Of a stretch of 64,000 nt of DNA, positions 57,462 to 64,000 are shown in pieces (the stretch's first letter is position 1; every line of letters begins with the position of its first letter). Made by a program: the position numbers and the translations under genes. Location: the NCBI GenBank assembly GCA_963664705.1, contig OY761556.1, positions 1,056,001-1,120,000 on the forward strand, read 5' to 3'. This DNA is from Acidobacteriota bacterium (GTDB taxonomy: Bacteria > Acidobacteriota > UBA6911). The notes under the pieces were generated by a model. The model was not told the origin of the DNA, did no database searches, and worked only from the letters and a program-made list of their open reading frames with translations.

Positions 57462-59837
57462 ATGTATTCGGACAAAGACGGTATATTCGATCATCAAAAT
57501 GCGAATGATAATCCGGTCAGATCATCCTCTGCATCGGCCATGTACGCAAAGGCCTTCGCCATTAATCCCGCGGCGATCGGCATTGTCTGCCTGGACAATG
57601 GCCTGATCGTAGATGTCAACGAGACCTGGCAGGAGACCTTCCAATGCAGCCGTGCCGGCGCCATCGGTCGTTCGGCGCTGGAGCTGCAGCTGTGGCCCTC
57701 AAGCGAAATCCGGGGCCAATACCTGGAAGAGCTGCATAGGATTGGCTCCTTCCGCAATCGTGAGTATACCGTTCTCAGAAAATCAGGAGAGAGCTTCACG
57801 GCTTTGTGCTCGGCAGAGCTGATGGAGTTGCAGGGCGAGAAGTTCATAGTCTCAACCTGGCTCGATATCAGTGACCGTAAACGGACAGAGGAATATTTAA
57901 AAAGAAACGAGAGCCTACTGTCCGAATCCCAGCGGATCGGGCATATCGGCAGCTGGAGCCGGGAGATCGGGGCAAAGGATATTCAGTGGAGCGATGAGAC
58001 CTATCGCATCTATGGACAGGATCCCGCCACGTTCCATCCAACCCTTGCTCTCTTTGTCGCCTTGATCGTTCCTGAAGACCGGGCATTAATGAAGGATTTT
58101 ATTCGCGCTTGCGAGAAAGGCGAAAATCCTGGCGAAATAGAGTTTCGTATTATGAGGCCGGACGGAACGGTTCGGATCTTGTATGGTCGCGGTGGCCTGG
58201 AGGTCGCTTGCGATGGCAAACCCCTGCGGATTCTCGGCATGGTGCAGGACATTTCCGAGCGCAAACAGGCCGAACGTGCTGCGCGTGAGAGCGAATCCCG
58301 ATATCGGTTGATAGCAGAGAATGCGGCAGATGTAATCTGGGTTCTGGATCTTGAGACTCAGCGCTTCAAATATGTCAGCCCTTCAGTGGCAAAACTGCGC
58401 GGCTATTCGCCGGAAGAAGTGATGGCTCAGCCCGTGGATATGGCGCTGACGCCTGAGTCTTTGAAACGGGTTCAGGAGCTTTTGGCTCTGTGGATTCCGC
58501 AATTCATAGCCGATCCTTCAATACCCGGCTTTGCCACGACCGAGGTCGATCAGCCGTGCAAAGATGGTTCCATCGTTTGCACGGAAGTAACCACCAACGC
58601 TGTCATGAGCGAGCGAGGCCAGGTCGAAATTATCGGAGTTTCGCGGGATATCACGGAAAGAAAGCGGGCCAATGAAGAGAGGGCCAGACTTTCCGCACAA
58701 CTGCAGCAGGCTCAGAAAATGGAATCGGTCGGACGGCTGGCGGGAGGCGTTGCCCACGATTTCAACAACATGCTGAGCGTGATTTTAGGCAATGTGGAAA
58801 TAGCGCTGGCGCAGACAAATACGGAGCCATCGCTTTCTATCTGCCTGGAAGAAATCCAGAAGGCGGGACGGCGGTCCGCAAATCTGACCCGGCAGCTGCT
58901 TGCTTTTGCCCGGAAACAGGCGATCACCCCGAGTATTGTCGACCTCAACGAGGCTGTGTCTGGCTTTACGAAGATGCTCCGAAGGCTCATTGGCGAGAAT
59001 ATTGTCATGGAATGGAAACCTAGTCAGGATCTTTGGTTGGTAGAGATAGACCCGTCCCAGATAGATCAGATTTTGGCCAACCTGGCTGTCAACGCTCGTG
59101 ATGCAATCGCGGGGATCGGCACTTTGACCATTGAGACCGCAAATATAGAACTGGATGATAAACATCAGGCATTGGGCAGTGGTTTTGTGCCGGGCGATTA
59201 TGTGCAGCTCTCCATCAGCGATACCGGCAGCGGAATGGATAACGAGACTCTGAAGCACATTTTCGAGCCGTTCTTTACGACGAAGGAGATTGGCAAGGGC
59301 ACCGGCTTGGGGTTGGCCACCGTGTATGGCATTGTAAAGCAAAACAACGGGTACATTGATGTTTGCAGCCAGCCGGGGAATGGAACGCAGTTTGAGATTT
59401 ACTTGCCGCGATTTGTGGGGATGATTCATCCTGTTTCAGAAGAAAATATACTGGAACCACCATTGGACAATCCGGCAAAGGTTCTGGTCGTGGAGGACGA
59501 GCCGACAGTTTTGACTTTAGCCACGACAATGCTGGAAAAACTGGGCTATACAGCATTGTCGGCAACAAGTGCTCAAGATGCCATCAGCCTTTTAGCCCAT
59601 TACCCCGGGAACATTGATATTCTGCTGACGGACGTGATCATGCCCGGAATGAATGGAAGGGAACTGGCGAGGCGGCTGCTCTCGGATCACCCGAATCTTA
59701 AATGCGTTTTTATGTCGGGCTGGACTGCAGACATCCTGGAGTCAGAGGGAGTGATAGGTCCCGGGATCCATTTCCTGCAGAAGCCCTTTACTTCAGATCA
59801 GCTGTCATCGGTCTTGCAAAACGCCAGACGAGACTGA
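57462..59837 (+). CDS. Cytoplasmic hybrid histidine kinase (3 PAS, HisKA, HATPase, receiver)
   Basis: GGVAHDFNN, NARDA, DTGSGM, FFTTK..GKGTGLGL, VVEDE, LLTDVIMP, KPF. Confidence 0.95.
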   Translation: MYSDKDGIFDHQNANDNPVRSSSASAMYAKAFAINPAAIGIVCLDNGLIVDVNETWQETFQCSRAGAIGRSALELQLWPSSEIRGQYLEELHRIGSFRNREYTVLRKSGESFTALCSAELMELQGEKFIVSTWLDISDRKRTEEYLKRNESLLSESQRIGHIGSWSREIGAKDIQWSDETYRIYGQDPATFHPTLALFVALIVPEDRALMKDFIRACEKGENPGEIEFRIMRPDGTVRILYGRGGLEVACDGKPLRILGMVQDISERKQAERAARESESRYRLIAENAADVIWVLDLETQRFKYVSPSVAKLRGYSPEEVMAQPVDMALTPESLKRVQELLALWIPQFIADPSIPGFATTEVDQPCKDGSIVCTEVTTNAVMSERGQVEIIGVSRDITERKRANEERARLSAQLQQAQKMESVGRLAGGVAHDFNNMLSVILGNVEIALAQTNTEPSLSICLEEIQKAGRRSANLTRQLLAFARKQAITPSIVDLNEAVSGFTKMLRRLIGENIVMEWKPSQDLWLVEIDPSQIDQILANLAVNARDAIAGIGTLTIETANIELDDKHQALGSGFVPGDYVQLSISDTGSGMDNETLKHIFEPFFTTKEIGKGTGLGLATVYGIVKQNNGYIDVCSQPGNGTQFEIYLPRFVGMIHPVSEENILEPPLDNPAKVLVVEDEPTVLTLATTMLEKLGYTALSATSAQDAISLLAHYPGNIDILLTDVIMPGMNGRELARRLLSDHPNLKCVFMSGWTADILESEGVIGPGIHFLQKPFTSDQLSSVLQNARRD

Positions 59838-59950
59838 TTTTCGGGCACGCTCCCGGAGCTTGTACGACGGTAAGCACTTTCTGAGAGTGACAGCGTGCAA
59901 GTCGACCCAGGACTGGGGCTGGCAGGCGGTTCCCATTTCCGTCTTTATTG

Positions 59951-59966
59951 CGGCACAAGTTTCGCA
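59951..59966 (+). promoter_or_regulatory. Possible sigma54 promoter for the repeat protein
   Basis: cGGcacaagtttcGCa (GG-N10-GC), imperfect flanks. Confidence 0.35.
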
Positions 59967-60060
59967 AAAACTGGTCGATAAGTAATTAGATTTCGACCGA
60001 TCCACGATCGGTCCTAAATGCGATTGCCGGGAATATGGATTTGGCATCCGGGAGGAAGGC

Positions 60061-61197
60061 ATGGCTTCTTTTCGTATTTTGCTTATTTCGATCGTCATGG
60101 TTGCGGGTTGGCAGAGCACATTAGTGGCTGCGGCCGGAACTGTCCCTCAGGATTTTACTGTTTGGAGTGTGGGAGGATCCTGGACGTGTGGTGGAAGACC
60201 GACCTCCATTACTCAGGATGGCCACAATCACCTGCTTTTCACTAACGAAAATGGACTGCGCTCAAAGGGCAGTTTCCTGAATACGGACACAGTGGTTGCA
60301 ACCGAATGGGAAAATGGGTTGCGTGGATCGGTTCAGGATGGGGGCAACACAATCCAATGGGCCAACGGGACCGTCTGGTATCGAAATCAAACAGGCTATG
60401 GACAGAGTGGTTCCCTGCCATCCCTATCGGACGCCTGGATCTGTGACGGCAAACCAACATCCATCACGCAGGACGCGGGCGGAAACCTCGTCTTTACAAA
60501 CCAGATGGGATGGAAATCCAAAGGTAGATTTGCCGATGCGGCAACGGTAATTGCGACGGAATGGGAGAACGGCCTGCGCGGCTCTCTGCAAGACGGAGGC
60601 AACACCATTCGATGGGCCAACGGAACCGCATGGTTCCGGAGCGGACCCACGGGCGTTCGGCTTAACCCGACAGAATCCTTGCTGGGAGGAGTGCCTTCGC
60701 AGGGCCGATTGCCTTCGCTGGGAGGTGCCTGGATCTGCGACGGTAAGCCGACCTCCATTACGCAGGATGGGAGCGGAAATCTAGTTTTTACAAACCAAAT
60801 GGGTATGAAATCCAAAGGCAGGTTTGCAGACGCGGGAGCGGTAATTGCGACGGAATGGGAGAACGGCCTGCGCGGATCCCTGCAAGACGGAGGCAATACC
60901 ATCCGATGGGCCAATGGAACGGCATGGTTCCGCAGTTCACCGGCAGCGGGAGCGGCTGTCACGCCCTCCTTGGCCGGTGTCTGGACGTGCGATGGACGTC
61001 CAACCTCCATTACGCAGGATGGGAGCGGAAATCTAGTTTTTACAAACCAAATGGGTATGAAATCCAAAGGCAGGTTTGCGGACGCGTCTACCGTCATCGC
61101 CACCGAATGGGAAAACGGACTCCGGGGTTCCTTGCAGGATAACGGGAATACCATTCGCTGGGCCAATGGCACGGCGTGGTACCGCGGCAATCGCTAA
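60061..61197 (+). CDS. Secreted protein with four ~72-aa Trp-rich beta repeats
   Basis: SD GGAGG; signal peptide; W.CDG.PTSITQDG.GNLVFTN..G.KSKG.F...V.ATEWENGLRGSLQD.GNTI.WANGT.W.R x4. Confidence 0.88.
   Translation: MASFRILLISIVMVAGWQSTLVAAAGTVPQDFTVWSVGGSWTCGGRPTSITQDGHNHLLFTNENGLRSKGSFLNTDTVVATEWENGLRGSVQDGGNTIQWANGTVWYRNQTGYGQSGSLPSLSDAWICDGKPTSITQDAGGNLVFTNQMGWKSKGRFADAATVIATEWENGLRGSLQDGGNTIRWANGTAWFRSGPTGVRLNPTESLLGGVPSQGRLPSLGGAWICDGKPTSITQDGSGNLVFTNQMGMKSKGRFADAGAVIATEWENGLRGSLQDGGNTIRWANGTAWFRSSPAAGAAVTPSLAGVWTCDGRPTSITQDGSGNLVFTNQMGMKSKGRFADASTVIATEWENGLRGSLQDNGNTIRWANGTAWYRGNR
60169..61185 (+). repeat. Four intragenic repeats; copies 2-4 nearly identical at DNA level
   Basis: e.g. 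acgcaggatgggagcggaaatctagtttttacaaaccaaatgggtatgaaatccaaaggcaggtttgc occurs twice. Confidence 0.9.
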
Positions 61198-61271
61198 GAG
61201 TGCAGTGCTGAAGCGGGCATGAGCCAGCCAAGATGCAATTGCCGCAGAGTGGCTGGCGGAAGATATGGAAT

Positions 61272-63215
61272 TTACCTGTTCTTCGAATTTTCCTGTTTCT
61301 CGATCTCCTTTTTCAGCCGGTTCACCAGAACTCCGCCGGTACCGCTGATTCGCCTCTCACACGAGATGGTCGCGATATTTCGCTGAGCCCTGTCGTATAC
61401 CTGGACCACGATTTCATTGCTGAACATGTTCAACCGGCCCTGAGACACGTGCAATAGAATATCCGCCTGGTCTGGCGTGTCCACAATCGTCCAGCGACCC
61501 CATTCCCGTAGCTTCTTGGGAAAATCCGAAATGACGCGGTCATAGTTTTCCTGGTAGGAAACATACGCTGTTCGTGCGCTAACCAGGTTTTTCGGCGGCG
61601 GCAGGGAAACAGCAAGCGATCCCAGCAGGTTTGCGATCTGTTCTGCGCTTGGCGTAGAGGGCTGAACCCCAGGCGTGGTAGTCGGATTGGACGGCGATGT
61701 TGGCTGCGGAACATAAGGAGTATTGGGGGCAGCGCTATTGAACGGTTGTTGCGGTGAGGGCTGCGGGGACGGAATCTGCGAATTCTGGTAATTCTGCTGC
61801 TGGATGGGTGCTTGCGTCTGACCCGGACTGTTTGGGAATTTCTGTATATTGTTCATCAGGCTTAGAAATGCCTGGAGGAATTGTGCGCTCTGATCCTGTC
61901 CCGGAACAGCCTGCGGCACAGTTTGGTTCAACTGATTCTGGACTCCTTTCTGATAATTGCCGAGGAGGCTCATCAGTTGTTGCGCCACAGGGTTCGCTTG
62001 GCCCTGCATTCCTTGGCTCTGTACTCCCTGCGATGTCCGGTTGGCAGCATTGTTTTGCAGATTCTGATACATGCTCATCAGGCCTGTGAGCTGTTGCGCG
62101 ATCTGTCCGGTCTGGATGCCCTGCGGATTAGAGGTTCCCGGAATTTGGTTAGCACTGCGTTGCTGATTTAAAAAATAATTGAACATATTCGTGTATGCAT
62201 TGACGCCCGGATTCTGGCTGCTTTGAGCTTGAGCCGGCAGCGCCCCGGAGAATGACTGGATTCCCCCTCTTTGCTGTGCAGTAGAACCCAGGACTCCCAG
62301 GAGGGCCTGCAACGCCTGCATCCTTTGTTCCTGATTCTGCTGCTTGTTTGCCTGCTCATTGCCTGTAATTTCACGGACAAATTCCTCCGGAAGGCGACGT
62401 GTCGCAGCAGGCGAAGGTAAGGTTACGGTTTCAATTGGCGGCCATCGCAGGAGTGTTTGTTGTTCGGGCCGGGGCTGATCTGCTATGGAAGCGGTTTCCG
62501 GCCTTGGTTTCGGGCTATTTGGAGTAAGAGGATCAGGCATGAGTGGGGACGGAGGCTTTGACATCGATGCTTCCGGAGGAGTCATCGTGGATCCGGTTTG
62601 GGCCTGTCGACTTATGACCTCGATGGTAACGAAATCGCTGAGCTCACCCGCCGATGCAAGAATGACCGCCTTGCCCGGCTTCAATCCCCTGGCTGTACCG
62701 GAAGCGTCAACAGACACAACGGCAGGATCTGCACTAATCCACGAGGTGCTTCCGGCCGGGTTCCCATTGACTGTTGCTGATAAAAGAGCCTGTTCTTCCA
62801 CGCCAAGGATTCGCTTCCCCTCAATAACCAGGACCTGAACCACGGGCGGCTGGGCTGGTACCAGCGATGGCGCGACCGGATCCGCCGAGGCTACAACAGC
62901 GAGATTCATTGTGGATGTGGACTTTCCAACGGAAGCCATGATTGTAGCGAATCCCGGCTTCAGTCCTCGCACATTGCCGTCTTGATCTATTGCGGCGATA
63001 TCCTCATTCAGACTGCGCCAGACGGCCAGGCCCGCGGCGTAGGGAGCTCCGTTGAGTTTATGGGCCGAATACCGCACCTGCTCCCCCACCGCGACAGAGG
63101 ATTTGCCTCCTCGAATGGTCACAATCTCCGACGTGTCCTGCGCCACGATTCCATTTGATATCAAAAACGCCAGGAGAAGCATTCCCGCGATATGCACGAT
63201 CTTGCTTCTGATCAT
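61272..63215 (-). CDS. Secreted protein: two Big_2 Ig-like domains, Gln/Pro-rich region, small C-terminal domain
   Basis: W.S....IA.ID.DG.V.GLKPG.ATI.AS pattern x2; Q-rich tract; WGRWTIVDTPDQADILL. Confidence 0.8.
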   Translation of the reverse strand: MIRSKIVHIAGMLLLAFLISNGIVAQDTSEIVTIRGGKSSVAVGEQVRYSAHKLNGAPYAAGLAVWRSLNEDIAAIDQDGNVRGLKPGFATIMASVGKSTSTMNLAVVASADPVAPSLVPAQPPVVQVLVIEGKRILGVEEQALLSATVNGNPAGSTSWISADPAVVSVDASGTARGLKPGKAVILASAGELSDFVTIEVISRQAQTGSTMTPPEASMSKPPSPLMPDPLTPNSPKPRPETASIADQPRPEQQTLLRWPPIETVTLPSPAATRRLPEEFVREITGNEQANKQQNQEQRMQALQALLGVLGSTAQQRGGIQSFSGALPAQAQSSQNPGVNAYTNMFNYFLNQQRSANQIPGTSNPQGIQTGQIAQQLTGLMSMYQNLQNNAANRTSQGVQSQGMQGQANPVAQQLMSLLGNYQKGVQNQLNQTVPQAVPGQDQSAQFLQAFLSLMNNIQKFPNSPGQTQAPIQQQNYQNSQIPSPQPSPQQPFNSAAPNTPYVPQPTSPSNPTTTPGVQPSTPSAEQIANLLGSLAVSLPPPKNLVSARTAYVSYQENYDRVISDFPKKLREWGRWTIVDTPDQADILLHVSQGRLNMFSNEIVVQVYDRAQRNIATISCERRISGTGGVLVNRLKKEIEKQENSKNR

Positions 63216-63231
63216 TGCCCCCCCAATCCCT

Positions 63232-64000
63232 CTATGGGTTCGCCGATACGCTGACCGGAATCTGTTTTTCGATTACTACTCCATTTCGCATCAGACGGAT
63301 ATTGGCACTGCTGCCCAATGCTGTCTTTTGATCGATGATCTCGCTAATTCTGGCCATCGCTCCTGACAGATGAACACCGTTTAACTCCAGGAGCACATCG
63401 CCGCGCTGCAGTCCCCCAAGATCGGCGGGACCATTTTTGTATATGCGATTCACTTTCAATCCTTCCTCTACTTCTCCGAGGAGGACTCCCAGGAATTTTG
63501 TCTGTTGGAAGGCTTCGACCGCATTTTTTTTGCTACCCAAAGCCAGGTGGCAAAAGCCGACATTCCTTGTCCACTGCAATCTGGCGGCCGGGCTGGAAGC
63601 ACGATTGAGTCCTTGGAAAGCCAGTTGCAGGGCATCATCATAGTTGCCCGCGAAATAGGCCGCTTCCCATATCCGGGCGGCAATGGACTCGAGATCATCC
63701 AGCGCAGCCAAATCAGAAGCTCGCTGAAACGCCTTTCGCGCCGGATCGTATTGCTCTATTTCCATGTAGCTGTCACCCAATTCAACATAGTTTTCGAACC
63801 GTTCGGCCAGCGCATTGGCTCTCAGGAACGATTGAACCGCATCCGGATAGAAGCCAAACATCTTCAATGACATTCCCAGGTCGCTGAAGGTTTGATAATC
63901 GCGCGGGTTTAAATCGATCACTTGCTGGTATTGCCCCAGGGCTTCATCCTTGCGCCGCAGTTTCATGAGCATGTTGGCCCGGTTGATCTGGTATGTGGCC
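63232..64000 (-). CDS. TPR repeat plus PDZ domain protein (5' end beyond the window)
   Basis: TPR helices (EAL..YQ.VI.LNP, LG..Y..A...FQRA); PDZ FLGV...GPA..GGLQRGDVLLELNG. Confidence 0.8.
   Translation of the reverse strand, partial: ATYQINRANMLMKLRRKDEALGQYQQVIDLNPRDYQTFSDLGMSLKMFGFYPDAVQSFLRANALAERFENYVELGDSYMEIEQYDPARKAFQRASDLAALDDLESIAARIWEAAYFAGNYDDALQLAFQGLNRASSPAARLQWTRNVGFCHLALGSKKNAVEAFQQTKFLGVLLGEVEEGLKVNRIYKNGPADLGGLQRGDVLLELNGVHLSGAMARISEIIDQKTALGSSANIRLMRNGVVIEKQIPVSVSANP

Noticed and set aside
60169-61185. Direct repeats considered as a CRISPR array or a DGR template/variable repeat
   Set aside because: Repeats are ~215 bp, in frame and coding; no unique spacers, cas genes or reverse transcriptase, and differences are not adenine-specific

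Overview
A 64-kb bacterial chromosome segment whose gene families look Acidobacteriota-like (Oar-type TonB-dependent receptor, 'YxPQIANG' secreted modules); the taxonomy is an inference. Bases 1-38.8 kb are mostly housekeeping: fsa/tal, hslVU, an AlaX editing protein, dacB, a GT2, rfbC, xseAB-ispA-tlyA-nadK, maf, rpsO-pnp-larB-dnaG-rpoD, ppk2 and purLQ. A stand-alone TIR-domain gene and a divergent TBDR / giant Kelch-propeller pair interrupt this block. From about 38.9 kb the region is accessory. It holds a decayed tyrosine integrase that overlaps the 5' end of a tRNA(CAT, probably Ile2), a Fic remnant, and many secreted or envelope proteins. The best candidate for an undescribed system is at 45.4-54.3 kb: an ECF sigma / anti-sigma / Spy-CpxP-like cassette. 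Its apparent autoregulatory promoter (GTAA-N16-CCACGACA) recurs with identical spacing in front of two large secreted proteins. Those proteins share a colinear 449-aa N-terminal module but carry different payloads, a double metallophosphoesterase and an uncharacterised domain. The same module type occurs in two more genes in the window. Other signals are a multibranch structured leader upstream of the Kelch gene, heptamer tandem/inverted repeats at gene junctions, and several probable leaderless genes. All calls come from reading motifs by eye; no searches were run.
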